DNA from: Candidatus Nomurabacteria bacterium
GTDB lineage: Bacteria; Patescibacteriota; Minisyncoccia; Phycocordibacterales; UBA9973
Reading direction: 5' to 3'
DNA length: 64,000 nucleotides
NCBI GenBank assembly: GCA_026396015.1
Contig: JAPLXP010000003.1
Location: forward strand, 176,974 to 240,973
A program made the translations under genes and the position numbers. Position 1 is the first letter of the stretch. Each line of letters begins with the position of its first letter. Of the stretch, positions 9,964 to 19,552 are shown one piece after another. Under the pieces are notes generated by a model. That model searched no databases. It had not been told where the DNA came from and saw only the letters and a list, made by a program, of their open reading frames with translations.

Positions 9964-10832
9964 AATACATAGACATACATTCACATGTGAATTTCAAAGC
10001 ATTCGACGAAGATCGTGATGCTGTTATTCGTCGGGCACTAGATGCGGATACATGGGTGATAAATGTTGGCACTCAGATAGATACTAGTAGGAAGGCGGTA
10101 GAGATGGCTCATGAATATGAAGAGGGTGTATATGCCATCATCGGATTGCATCCAATACATACAGGCGCATCATATCATGACGAAAAAGAATTGGGTGAGG
10201 GTGGGGTAGAATTCACTTCTCGTGGGGAAATTTTTGATAAGGAAAAATATCTAGAATTACTCCGTGATCCAAAAGTCGTAGCAGTAGGAGAATGTGGACT
10301 CGACTACTATCGCTGCACTCCAGAGACTATTCAAAAACAAAAAGAAGCATTCATCGGACAGATCGAGATTGCAAATGAGGTGGGTAAGCCACTGATGCTG
10401 CATATAAGAAATAATCCAAACTCAGTCCACCCCGGCTTAGTAGCCACCCCTCAAGAGGGGAATAATCCAGATGCATACATGGACGCACTTGAGATTTTAA
10501 AACAATATGCCAAAGTAAAAGGCGACGTGCATTTTTTTGCTGGGTCACCAGATGTAGCCCGTGACTTTGTAGAATTTGGCTTTACTCTATCATTCACAGG
10601 AGTGGTCACATTCACTCACGACTACGATGAGGTGATAAGGCAGACTCCGATCGAGATGATCATGACTGAAACGGATTCACCATACGTGAGCCCAAAGCCC
10701 TACAGGGGTCGCAGGAATGAGCCTGTATATGTACAGGAAATAACTAAGAAAATTGCCGAGATAAAGGGTCTAGATCCAGAGGTTGTGGCTCAAACTGTCA
10801 TATCTAACGCTAAAAGAGTATTCAAAATATAG
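9954..10832 (+). CDS. tatD: TatD family deoxyribonuclease
   Basis: N-terminal IDIHSHVNF metal site and TIM-barrel hydrolase spacing. Confidence 0.85.
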   Translation: MDLKYIDIHSHVNFKAFDEDRDAVIRRALDADTWVINVGTQIDTSRKAVEMAHEYEEGVYAIIGLHPIHTGASYHDEKELGEGGVEFTSRGEIFDKEKYLELLRDPKVVAVGECGLDYYRCTPETIQKQKEAFIGQIEIANEVGKPLMLHIRNNPNSVHPGLVATPQEGNNPDAYMDALEILKQYAKVKGDVHFFAGSPDVARDFVEFGFTLSFTGVVTFTHDYDEVIRQTPIEMIMTETDSPYVSPKPYRGRRNEPVYVQEITKKIAEIKGLDPEVVAQTVISNAKRVFKI

Positions 10833-10965
10833 CCTTGCCAAAATAGGGTTTTTCTGCTAATATATGAGGACTGTTTATTTATCCCTGTCCTGAAACGGGG
10901 ATACAAAGGTCCATAATAGACAGATTTTAAAAGTAGTAATTATAAGCGTATTTTACGCAAAGAAT

Positions 10966-11439
10966 ATGGAAAACGAAACAAAAGCTCGCACAGAAGTGTA
11001 CGAGATAGGTTATCTTATGGTTCCTTCTATCGCAGAAGAGAATCTAGGTGCAGAAGTTACAGCATTCAAGGATTTGTTGACTTCACACGGTGTGACATTT
11101 ATTTCAGATGAGTACCCTCGTATGATGGAACTAGCATATGAAATGAGTCGCAGTATTATGAACAAGAAGCAAAAATTCTCATACGGATATTTCGGATGGG
11201 TAAAATTTGAAGTAAGTACAGATCACACTGTAGCTATCAAAGAGATGATGGATAAGAATGAAATTTTTATCCGTTACCTTATGGTCAAGACTGTTCGTGA
11301 GAATACTATGTCACAAAAGCGTGCATACAAAGCTGATGGCCCACGCCGCAAGCCTGCACACACAAAGACAGACGCAGAACAAGCTCCAATCGATGAAGAA
11401 GCTGTTGATAAAGAAATCGACGCTCTCGTGTTAGAATAG
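10966..11439 (+). CDS. rpsF: 30S ribosomal protein S6 (with C-terminal extension)
   Basis: VYEIGYLMVPS aligns with the S6 N-terminus (YEIVFMVHP). Sits in the conserved rpsF-ssb-rpsR order. Confidence 0.6.
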   Translation: MENETKARTEVYEIGYLMVPSIAEENLGAEVTAFKDLLTSHGVTFISDEYPRMMELAYEMSRSIMNKKQKFSYGYFGWVKFEVSTDHTVAIKEMMDKNEIFIRYLMVKTVRENTMSQKRAYKADGPRRKPAHTKTDAEQAPIDEEAVDKEIDALVLE

Positions 11440-11447
11440 AGGTATTA

Positions 11448-11521
11448 GTAACTAGTTGCGAGTTTCTAATGACTAGAGTCTAGAAATTTCTAGAACCTAG
11501 AACCTAGAAACTATGCCCTAA
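11448..11521. repeat. CTAG-rich hairpin repeat, copy A (ssb leader)
   Basis: tctagaaatttctaga perfect palindrome plus ctagaacctagaacctagaaa. Shares ctagaacctag / ccctaa motifs with copies B, C and D. Confidence 0.6.
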
Positions 11522-11526
11522 TTTAT

Positions 11527-11979
11527 ATGTATTTAAACAAAGCATTTGTTATCGGAAATTTGACTCGCGATCCAGAGATAAAGGCATTGCCTTCTGGTAT
11601 CAAAGTATGTAGTTTCTCTGTCGCTACCAATCGTGTCTGGAAAGATGCAAATGGTGCAAAACAAGAAGCTGCTGATTATCACAATATCGTAGTATTCGGA
11701 CGCCAAGCAGAGACAGTGGCTCAGTACATGAAAAAGGGTAGTCAGGTTATGATTGAAGGAAGAATGCAGACACGAAGCTGGGATGACGCAGGTACTGGTA
11801 CAAAGAAGTACCGTACAGAAATCATCGCTGATCGAGTGCAATTCGGTTCATCTGGATCACCAGCGAGTGGTACTCCAAGACCATCTACATCAGGGGCATC
11901 AGCACCAAAAGATGATTCATCTATGGACAGTATCGAATACCCAGATGATGCAATCAATGTAGAAGATATACCATTTTAA
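11527..11979 (+). CDS. ssb: single-stranded DNA-binding protein
   Basis: OB-fold SSB N-terminus, Gly/Ser/Pro-rich linker and acidic C-terminal tail ending DIPF. Confidence 0.9.
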   Translation: MYLNKAFVIGNLTRDPEIKALPSGIKVCSFSVATNRVWKDANGAKQEAADYHNIVVFGRQAETVAQYMKKGSQVMIEGRMQTRSWDDAGTGTKKYRTEIIADRVQFGSSGSPASGTPRPSTSGASAPKDDSSMDSIEYPDDAINVEDIPF

Positions 11980-11989
11980 TTAACAACTA

Positions 11990-12062
11990 ATTAGTTTCTA
12001 GTTTCTAGTTTCTAGTGATAAATAAAATTTCCTAGAACCTAGTCCCTAGAACCTAGTCCCTA
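11990..12062. repeat. CTAG-rich hairpin repeat, copy B (rpsR leader)
   Basis: (tagtttc)x3 ... (ctagaacctagtcc)x2 ... ccctaa. 18-nt identity with the 16S insert (ctagaacctagtccctag). Confidence 0.6.
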
Positions 12063-12067
12063 ATTTT

Positions 12068-12268
12068 ATGAAACAAGACTATTTTAGTTCAAACAACATA
12101 AAGCATATCGACTATAAAGATATCGAATTGCTAAAACGTTTTTTGTCTCCAGCTGCAAAGATGATGGCTCGCCGACGCACAAGTGTCACAGCTAAGAATC
12201 AACGCAAAGTTGCAGAAGCAGTAAAGCGCGCACGCTTCATGGGCCTACTCCCATACGTTGCAAAGTAA
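12068..12268 (+). CDS. rpsR: 30S ribosomal protein S18
   Basis: IDYKDIELLKRFLS...RRRTSVTAKNQRKVAEAVKRARFMGLLPY matches the S18 consensus. Confidence 0.85.
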   Translation: MKQDYFSSNNIKHIDYKDIELLKRFLSPAAKMMARRRTSVTAKNQRKVAEAVKRARFMGLLPYVAK

Positions 12269-12278
12269 TACTCTTACA

Positions 12279-12312
12279 CAAAAAAAACACCCCAGAAATG
12301 GGGTGTTTTTTG
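12279..12312. terminator. bidirectional rho-independent terminator (acaccccagaaatggggtgt)
   Basis: Perfect stem with A-run and T-run flanks, between convergent rpsR and the pseudouridine synthase gene. Confidence 0.7.
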
Positions 12313-12320
12313 TATATAAA

Positions 12321-13046
12321 TTATTTCTCTATACCAAGTAATCCGAGGAAGTCTTTTAGTTCTGCTCCTTCTATCTTGCGGTAGTCAGAGTCAGCTATTT
12401 TGCCTAACTGGATGTTCATGATACGTGTACGGAATAGGTCCAATACATCGTGGTGTAGAGCCTCACACATGCGTCGTATCTGGCGTTTCTTGCCTTCTGT
12501 GAGGATTATCTTGAATGTATCACTTGAGGGCTTGCTGGCCTTTGTATTGCGCCATACCTTACACTTCTTTGTAGTAAATCCATCAATACGTATACCGTTT
12601 GCCATCATACCTAAGAATACATCACCAAAGTCCAATCCAAGTTTCACTACGTATTCCTTTTCGTGAATGTATTTAGGGGATAGTAATCTGTCTGTGATGC
12701 GTCCATCGTTTGTCATGATTATCAATCCATGAGAATCTTTATCAAGACGTCCGACAGGGAATACTTTGACGGGGAACTTTGTGACTTTTAATATGTCTTT
12801 GCATCCACGCTCTGGGTTTGTAGATACTCCACGAGCCTTGTTGTATGCATAGTATACATAATCATTTTTGATGGCGCTCTCACGTACTTCTACCTCGTCG
12901 CCTTCGTATACTAGATCGCCTAGCACAGCAGGACGACCATTGATGAGTACGTGGCCTTTCTCGACAAGTGTATCTGCACCCTTACGTGTGGCGTAGTTGT
13001 TCAATGCGAGATATCTGTTTATTCTAATGGGATAAGTGAAGTTCAT
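12321..13046 (-). CDS. rRNA pseudouridine synthase (RsuA/RluB family)
   Basis: N-terminal S4 domain (RINRYLA...GADTLV..G.V.ING) and catalytic GRLDKDSHGLIIMTNDG motif. Confidence 0.8.
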   Translation of the reverse strand: MNFTYPIRINRYLALNNYATRKGADTLVEKGHVLINGRPAVLGDLVYEGDEVEVRESAIKNDYVYYAYNKARGVSTNPERGCKDILKVTKFPVKVFPVGRLDKDSHGLIIMTNDGRITDRLLSPKYIHEKEYVVKLGLDFGDVFLGMMANGIRIDGFTTKKCKVWRNTKASKPSSDTFKIILTEGKKRQIRRMCEALHHDVLDLFRTRIMNIQLGKIADSDYRKIEGAELKDFLGLLGIEK

Positions 13047-14202
13047 TTTTTGCGTGTTTTAATCTTGGTACATAGTATAGTATCGACAATACAAACAAAC
13101 CTAGAATTATGAATAAATATTTAAATGGAAAAAATAAAAGTACGGCTGTGCCTAGTAGTGGTGCGATCAGATAGGATAGTGGTGACATGTCTCTGAATAT
13201 TGATAGCAGATGTGCATCCTCCTCTCTGACATGAGTAAAGAAATACATTTCTGATACTGTCTCTACCATAGCTGCTCCGACTCTAGTCATGCACAATATG
13301 AATGCCCAGAATGCGATACTCTTTGTATCTATAAATGTAATAGCTATAGTGGATAGACTCATTATTATCGTACCTACCACTATTGCTGTTCTTTTATGTA
13401 TTTTATACTTATCAATGATCATTCCTAGTGTCAGTGGTATCACTACGAATGGTGCTAGCATCCATGTGAACATTATTCCGATATTCTCCCATGTGAATCC
13501 TAAGTGCTCCACTAGATATATCGGTGTGTAGATGACCATCCATACAAAGAAAAATTGTAATATAAAATTGATTAAATTTATCGATGCTAGGTGATGCTTT
13601 TCACGGATGAATTTATATGCCTGGAAAAATGGAACTTTTGAATAACTAGCATCATGAAAAGATGGAACCCAAGATATGAATCCTATCATAGTGATGAGTG
13701 CTGTGATAAAAGCAAAAGTATACACAGGTACATATCCATGACCATCACTAGCAAGACGCCCTGTGATAAAAGGTGATATCATCCATGCGATATTGTATAC
13801 AGTCAGGTATACACCGTGAACTCTGCCGATACTTTTCTTGTCACTAAAGTGCTCGACAAATATATCAATACAAAAGAAAAATAATGTATTAGTGATATTG
13901 AACAATACAAAAGCTGTGCCTACTATGTATGGGTTGCTAGAGAATATCATACCAGAAAGACCCAAGACATTCATGAATATGAATGCTAGGGTCAATTTTC
14001 TGTTGCCAAAAGATTTTAGGAAGGATGAACTCTGTGATAAGAATACCAACGATATAATAGATGAGACTACGAAGATAAGTCCGACATATTTTTCCGAGAT
14101 TATTTTAGTTAGAAAACTAGAATTCACATATGCAGAAAGTGCCACATGTAATGAGAATAAAAACGAGAGTATATATGTCTTGTGTATCTTTTTAAGTTTC
14201 AT
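13024..14202 (-). CDS. MFS transporter
   Basis: 12 predicted TM helices in 6+6 arrangement. Confidence 0.6.
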   Translation of the reverse strand: MKLKKIHKTYILSFLFSLHVALSAYVNSSFLTKIISEKYVGLIFVVSSIISLVFLSQSSSFLKSFGNRKLTLAFIFMNVLGLSGMIFSSNPYIVGTAFVLFNITNTLFFFCIDIFVEHFSDKKSIGRVHGVYLTVYNIAWMISPFITGRLASDGHGYVPVYTFAFITALITMIGFISWVPSFHDASYSKVPFFQAYKFIREKHHLASINLINFILQFFFVWMVIYTPIYLVEHLGFTWENIGIMFTWMLAPFVVIPLTLGMIIDKYKIHKRTAIVVGTIIMSLSTIAITFIDTKSIAFWAFILCMTRVGAAMVETVSEMYFFTHVREEDAHLLSIFRDMSPLSYLIAPLLGTAVLLFFPFKYLFIILGLFVLSILYYVPRLKHAKNELHLSH

Positions 14203-14213
14203 AATTTATATTT

Positions 14214-16256
14214 TTATACAGATAGTAATACTGGTATCACTAGTGGGCGCTTTGCTGTATTCTGGAATAGGAATTTAGAGATATTGTCTCCTAGATTTGT
14301 CTTGATCATGTCAAAATTTGCTGGGTGCATACCACGTGTACCATCTTCGATTGTCTTTTTTATTATAAGACGTACTTGATGTAGTAGGTCCTGGTTTTCT
14401 TTTAGATAAATGAATCCACGAGAAATGATGTCAGGGGACTTGCGTAGCTTGCCAGTAGTAGCATCGATCGTCGCGATCAATACGAACATACCATCCTGAG
14501 CTAGCATCACGCGATCGCGTATCACTACTTCTTGCTCGTCACCTACAGAGAATCCATCTACCATCATTGGTGCTGATGGAGCCTTTTCTTTTCGAACCCC
14601 GATCTTTGTACCATTGTCTGTGATTTCAATTAGAGATCCGTTGTCAGGAACTATGATATTTTCTTCTGGCATACCGAGTTCCATAGCTACTTCTCTATGC
14701 TTTACTAGCATAGAGTGGTGTCCATGAATTGGGATAAAGAATTTTGGGTGAGTTTTTCTGTGTAGCCATTTTACATCTTCTTGGTTTCCGTGACCTGTGG
14801 CATGGATTGTCTCCTCTGAAGTTCTGTAACTGATTATCTTTACACCTTGGCGAGTTAGATTGTCTTTTAGTTTTTGTACGGCAATCTCATTTCCTGGAAC
14901 AACAGATGATGACAATATGATAGTATCACCTGGCTTGATGCTGAATTTCTTGTGAGTCTTTGTAGCAATACGTCCTAGTGATGCGAATTCTTCACCTTGA
15001 GCACCAGTCATCAATACGATGACTTTGTTTGGAGGATAGCTGTCTACTTCTTCGATAGGGATGATAGTACCTTTCTTTGGTTGGAATATTCCGGCCTGTT
15101 CACATATCTCTATGTTTGCCTTCATTGATCTTCCATCGAATACTACTTTTTTATCTAGCTCTTCTGCTGTCTCTACAATCTTCATAAGACGAGTGAGGTG
15201 TGAAGAAAAGGCTGCGATGATTATTCGTCCAGTACCTTTTTTGATAAGCTTCTTTAGTCCATCGTTCACCCTTGATTCTGGTTGAGAGAATCCTTCGTTT
15301 TCAATGTTTGTAGAATCAGTTAGCAGACATAGTACATTTTCTTTATCAAAAAATGCATATTCTTTTTCTTCTTCATCAGATACTACTCCATCTATTTGGT
15401 CTAGTTTGTAGTCTCCTGGAGTCACTATTGATCCATATGGAGTCTCAATCACTACTCCCATAGAATCTGGGACTGTGTGAGTCACACCAAAGAATCTGAT
15501 ACGCATTTCTCCTGCGTAGATAACTGTGTCTTTTTCTACTACCTCAGGCTTCAATGCTGGTAGATGGGGGAATTCTTCCTGACGCTTTCTCATCATCAAT
15601 ATTGAGAGATTTCGAGAGTATAGAGTCGGATTGCCGATACGACTCATCACGAGGGGAATACCTCCGATGTGATCAAGGTGACCGTGTGTCACGATCATCG
15701 CACGGATTTTATCTTTGCGTTCTTCTAGATATGTAGTGTTTGGAATAATGTAATCGATACCTGGTGTATCTTCTGTCTTGAATTGCATACCAGCATCGAT
15801 GACGATTATATCGTTACCTATTTCAATTGCTGTCATGTTCTTTCCGATCTCTTCTACTCCTCCGAGTGGAATGATACGTATCACACCTGGTGCTGGTGGA
15901 GGAATTATTGTCTGTTTCTTGCCAGTATTTGTTCGTGGAGATTGAGTGTGTGCTGGGGGTGCTGTACGAGGACGGCGACCACCACCATTCTTGTTCCCAT
16001 ATTGATAACTACCACGATTTATTTTCTTGGCATTTGGGTTTGAATTTGTATTTGTATTTGGGTTTGTGTGTGTTGCTGTCTTTTGTGTGTGTTGTGTATG
16101 GGGCTTTGCATGGGGAGTACTTGTTGTACTCTTTTGGACTGGAAGATTTGATACCGGCTTATGCGCAGTTCGGATATGCTGTCCTATCTGTCTCATCGGT
16201 CGTCCACCTCCTACTGTCTTCCTTGCTCCTTCATACGGCTTTTTCATTTCGTTCAT
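14214..16256 (-). CDS. rnj: ribonuclease J with low-complexity N-terminal extension
   Basis: MBL motif HGHLDHIGG, beta-CASP and RNase J C-terminal domain. ~110-aa Thr/Asn/Pro-rich N-terminal tail. Confidence 0.85.
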   Translation of the reverse strand: MNEMKKPYEGARKTVGGGRPMRQIGQHIRTAHKPVSNLPVQKSTTSTPHAKPHTQHTQKTATHTNPNTNTNSNPNAKKINRGSYQYGNKNGGGRRPRTAPPAHTQSPRTNTGKKQTIIPPPAPGVIRIIPLGGVEEIGKNMTAIEIGNDIIVIDAGMQFKTEDTPGIDYIIPNTTYLEERKDKIRAMIVTHGHLDHIGGIPLVMSRIGNPTLYSRNLSILMMRKRQEEFPHLPALKPEVVEKDTVIYAGEMRIRFFGVTHTVPDSMGVVIETPYGSIVTPGDYKLDQIDGVVSDEEEKEYAFFDKENVLCLLTDSTNIENEGFSQPESRVNDGLKKLIKKGTGRIIIAAFSSHLTRLMKIVETAEELDKKVVFDGRSMKANIEICEQAGIFQPKKGTIIPIEEVDSYPPNKVIVLMTGAQGEEFASLGRIATKTHKKFSIKPGDTIILSSSVVPGNEIAVQKLKDNLTRQGVKIISYRTSEETIHATGHGNQEDVKWLHRKTHPKFFIPIHGHHSMLVKHREVAMELGMPEENIIVPDNGSLIEITDNGTKIGVRKEKAPSAPMMVDGFSVGDEQEVVIRDRVMLAQDGMFVLIATIDATTGKLRKSPDIISRGFIYLKENQDLLHQVRLIIKKTIEDGTRGMHPANFDMIKTNLGDNISKFLFQNTAKRPLVIPVLLSV

Positions 16257-16287
16257 AAAATTTTATACACGTTTGTGTATTTGTTAG

Positions 16288-18105
16288 TTAATTGTTAATT
16301 TTGTTTTTAGTAAATATTTTCCATACATGGTCATTCTTTGCGTACCATGTGTAGATAGACACAAAACGAGTTTGTGACATTGTTAATGTTGGTATTACCA
16401 TATTTGTGATTTCTGATTTTGTAGCGTAAATATATTGTGGTGAATATATAAATATTGCTGGCATATCACTATTGAATTCTTTTATAAATGATTTATAAAT
16501 ATTTTCTTTGTCACTTGCATCTAGAGTCTTGCTAGCCTTTTCTAATAATGCGTCCACTCTTGGGTTGGAATACATTGCTATATTTAGTCCTGGATCTGTA
16601 CGCTGTGATGAATGCCAGAATGCATATAGATCAGATTCATGACTCACAACTTGGCCAAAGAATAGGCCTTCGTATTTACGAGCACGGATAAGATTGTTCA
16701 GTGCACCCATCTCGTAATTTTTGATTTCTACTCTGATTCCAACTTTTTGCAATTGCTCGGCTATGATATGTGCAGAGCGATCTAGCTCTGTATCATCTCC
16801 TGTTGTGATAGAGAATGACAAATTTGATTTTGGTCCTGCCGGGATAGTAGTTGTCTTTTTTACTGTCTTACCTTTTACTTTTGTAGTCGTTGTTACAGTC
16901 TTTGCTACTCCACCCTTTGTTCTGTATCCATCATCACCTTTTACCCAGCCTGCATTGTCGAGTATCTTGTTTGCTTCATCGATATCAACACTCGCTATCT
17001 CAGTATTTGAATCAGCTAGTATTGTGTCTGGTACAGGATTGTCGATGGTTTTGCCATGGCTGTATAGTACTGTGTCGACTAGTGCTTGTCTGTCTAGTGC
17101 TTCGTTTATAGCATTGATTACATTCTGATCTGCAAAAATTTTATTCTCATTTTGATTGAAGAATAATCCAAACATACGAGGTAGGGTAGATGTGTGTATC
17201 GCATATCCTGCCTTTACTACCTTCTCTGTATTTTCTGGACTGATTCCACCAGCCTGGTCTATGTCACCAGATATTAGTGCATCTACTAATTCTTTTTCAT
17301 TTGCAAAAGATACAATATTTATATTTTTAATATGAGGCAATCCGAGTGCAAATTTTTTGAATCTAGATAGTGAATATGATTCTGGCGTACCGTCACTATT
17401 CTTTTGAATACTGTCGATCATATATGGACCTGAGCCTACAGCCTTGGTATTGAATCCTGAAAGAGAAAATTCAGTAGAATTTATATTCTTCCAGATATGT
17501 AATGGTAGTATTCCTACAGTTGTATTATTTAGGAATGATGCGTAAGGTTGCTTTAATTTAAATGCGATAGTTTTGTCGTCTATCTTTACTGCATCTACAC
17601 TATCCCATTGAGCTTTGCGTGGGCTCTTGATCAATGGATCCTTTATCTTATCTATAGTGAATATAATATCGTCTACTGTGATTGGTGTTTTGTCATGAAA
17701 AATCAATTTACTTTTCAATTTAAAAGTATAAGTCAATCCATCGTCTGATATAGTAGGCATAGATTCTGCAAGATCTGGTATTATACTGCCATCTGGCATT
17801 TTTCTCATGAGACCTGAGTATACTAGCGTAGTCATATCTTTATCAGCATTGGATACTGATAGTACTGGATTCACAAGAGCTGGAATACCGATGATACCTT
17901 CAGTGATACTACCACCATCTTCTGGTACAGATACCATAAAGTAATTATTTATATGCACAAGTATTATCACTATCGAGATAATAGTGATAACAACTGCAGA
18001 CACAAAAATACCTAGTTGATTTGGGGTGAGGGTGTTGTACGCGTTTTTAAGTTCTAATCTTTTAGGAATACGAAAAGCTTTTATAAATGAGAAAAATGAT
18101 TGCAT
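16288..18105 (-). CDS. ABC transporter substrate-binding protein (family 5, peptide/nickel type), membrane-anchored
   Basis: Family-5 SBP architecture with N-terminal TM anchor; contains a Lys/Thr-rich insert (KTVTTTTKVKGKTVKKTTT). Confidence 0.7.
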   Translation of the reverse strand: MQSFFSFIKAFRIPKRLELKNAYNTLTPNQLGIFVSAVVITIISIVIILVHINNYFMVSVPEDGGSITEGIIGIPALVNPVLSVSNADKDMTTLVYSGLMRKMPDGSIIPDLAESMPTISDDGLTYTFKLKSKLIFHDKTPITVDDIIFTIDKIKDPLIKSPRKAQWDSVDAVKIDDKTIAFKLKQPYASFLNNTTVGILPLHIWKNINSTEFSLSGFNTKAVGSGPYMIDSIQKNSDGTPESYSLSRFKKFALGLPHIKNINIVSFANEKELVDALISGDIDQAGGISPENTEKVVKAGYAIHTSTLPRMFGLFFNQNENKIFADQNVINAINEALDRQALVDTVLYSHGKTIDNPVPDTILADSNTEIASVDIDEANKILDNAGWVKGDDGYRTKGGVAKTVTTTTKVKGKTVKKTTTIPAGPKSNLSFSITTGDDTELDRSAHIIAEQLQKVGIRVEIKNYEMGALNNLIRARKYEGLFFGQVVSHESDLYAFWHSSQRTDPGLNIAMYSNPRVDALLEKASKTLDASDKENIYKSFIKEFNSDMPAIFIYSPQYIYATKSEITNMVIPTLTMSQTRFVSIYTWYAKNDHVWKIFTKNKINN

Positions 18106-18167
18106 TGTAAAATAGAATAGAAGGGAATATACCCCTACTATATGAGTTTAATAATTAAGTAAACGAT

Positions 18168-18401
18168 TTACTTAACGAGTATTGCAACAAAAGCTGAAGC
18201 AGCGAATAGTACGCCTACTATGATGGTAGTTATAAAAAGGAATTTATCGAAACCCCTACGAGTGTGGTATAGAGCACCACTGTCTCCACCTCCAAAAGCA
18301 CCACCAGACCCTGCGTCTGATTGTTGGAGTAATATAGCAACGACCAAAATAACAGACAGAATAATCTGTATATACGGTAATAGTTTAGCAATAATCGTCA
18401 T
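18168..18401 (-). CDS. secG: preprotein translocase subunit SecG
   Basis: 77 aa, two TM helices flanking a Gly-rich loop (DAGSGGAFGGGDSGA). Confidence 0.7.
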   Translation of the reverse strand: MTIIAKLLPYIQIILSVILVVAILLQQSDAGSGGAFGGGDSGALYHTRRGFDKFLFITTIIVGVLFAASAFVAILVK

Positions 18402-18480
18402 ACAGATATACTACCTTATTTGGGGGTAAAATGCAAGAAAAAGAGGGGAAAAGTAGATAAATAAAGGCTGGGTATCCATA

Positions 18481-18509
18481 TTGACAAAATGGTGTTTTGG
18501 GTGTATAAT
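18481..18509 (+). promoter_or_regulatory. sigma70-type promoter TTGACA-N17-TATAAT
   Basis: Consensus hexamers with 17-nt spacer upstream of ORF 18532. Confidence 0.5.
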
Positions 18510-18531
18510 ATGATTAATAAATTGAGAAAAT

Positions 18532-18810
18532 ATGAATAAATTAATCAAAGCGACCTTACTAGGTTGCATTAAAACCCTTAGGGTTATTGCTTTCGTTATT
18601 ATCGGGTTAGGTTGTGCTGCGTTTATTGTGGCGACCTGCTATGTGGGGTTCCAGATATGGAATCACATGAATGGAGTATTACTTGTAATGAGTGACTCAA
18701 TGCGCGGAAACTTAATGATTGCCTTGGTATTAACCTCAGCTCCAGTTGCAATCGGAGCAATGGGAGTCATGAGTACCGATGCTATGCTTAAAAAGCTTAA
18801 AATAGCTTAA
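18532..18810 (+). CDS. hypothetical small membrane protein
   Basis: 92-aa ORF with two hydrophobic segments, downstream of a consensus promoter. Confidence 0.3.
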   Translation: MNKLIKATLLGCIKTLRVIAFVIIGLGCAAFIVATCYVGFQIWNHMNGVLLVMSDSMRGNLMIALVLTSAPVAIGAMGVMSTDAMLKKLKIA

Positions 18811-18862
18811 AGCTGAAATTTAAATTAAAAAACGACTATTGAAAATAGCCGTTTTTTTATTG

Positions 18863-18946
18863 TGCCGGGGAGAAGACTTGAACTTCCATGAGTGTAACCT
18901 CGCTTGCTCCTAAGGCAAGTGCGTCTACCAATTTCGCCACCCCGGC
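18863..18946 (-). tRNA. tRNA-Leu (anticodon TAG)
   Basis: Cloverleaf folded by hand: acceptor gccgggg/ccccggc, anticodon arm cttgc-cuUAGga-gcaag, long variable arm (type II), T-loop ttcaagt. Confidence 0.8.
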
Positions 18947-19123
18947 ATATTTAAATACAAGAATACAATAGCACAAAAAACTAAAATTAAAAACTACGGT
19001 CGGATATCTCGGCTTACTGCCGCTGGTATTTTTCAATCTCGTTCCTCAATAATGAAAAATCTTTCGATTCCGCCACAGACGCAAAGTAGTTTGCGTCTTC
19101 TAGCGAAAAACTTCGTTTTTCTG

Positions 19124-19195
19124 AGGCCTAGGGCGGAATCGAACCGCCGTATAAAGATTTTGCAGATCTTTGCCTTACCACTTGGCCACTAGGCC
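19124..19195 (-). tRNA. tRNA-Cys (anticodon GCA)
   Basis: Acceptor ggcctag/ctaggcc, anticodon arm aagat-ctGCAaa-atctt, T-arm ggcggttcgattccgcc, discriminator U. Confidence 0.8.
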
Positions 19196-19222
19196 TTCAT
19201 TACATCATTGTGCCTTTACATA

Positions 19223-19549
19223 CTAACCGTTTTGGAGTAATTCGTCAATTTTTTGACGATTCTTTTCTCCGAGGTCTATCGCTACATCTAGATATGGGAT
19301 AGGGTGTATCTTGAGTTGCTTCATGATGAATGTACGCATTTCTCCAAGATTTCTCTTTACGAATCCATATGCAGCTTGCTCTTTGTCTACTGGTAGGGCT
19401 GTGATTAGGATCTTTGCATTTCTGCCATCAGATGACATCTCTACTCCGGTTACAGTTATCAATGATGAAATACCACCTTCTTTTTCTATGAAGGTTGCTG
19501 CTAGTTCACGTATTCGTGATGTTATTTTTTCGTCTCTATGATTTGCCAT
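19223..19549 (-). CDS. rbfA: ribosome-binding factor A
   Basis: 108-aa KH-like RbfA sequence immediately downstream of infB (conserved order). Confidence 0.75.
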   Translation of the reverse strand: MANHRDEKITSRIRELAATFIEKEGGISSLITVTGVEMSSDGRNAKILITALPVDKEQAAYGFVKRNLGEMRTFIMKQLKIHPIPYLDVAIDLGEKNRQKIDELLQNG

Positions 19550-19552
19550 ATA

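Noticed and set aside
19040-19085. tRNA-like fragment (ttcgattccgcc) between tRNA-Leu and tRNA-Cys
   Set aside because: It shares 11 nt with the tRNA-Cys T-arm but has no pairing partner for a T-stem or acceptor stem on either strand; probably a degraded duplicate or coincidence.
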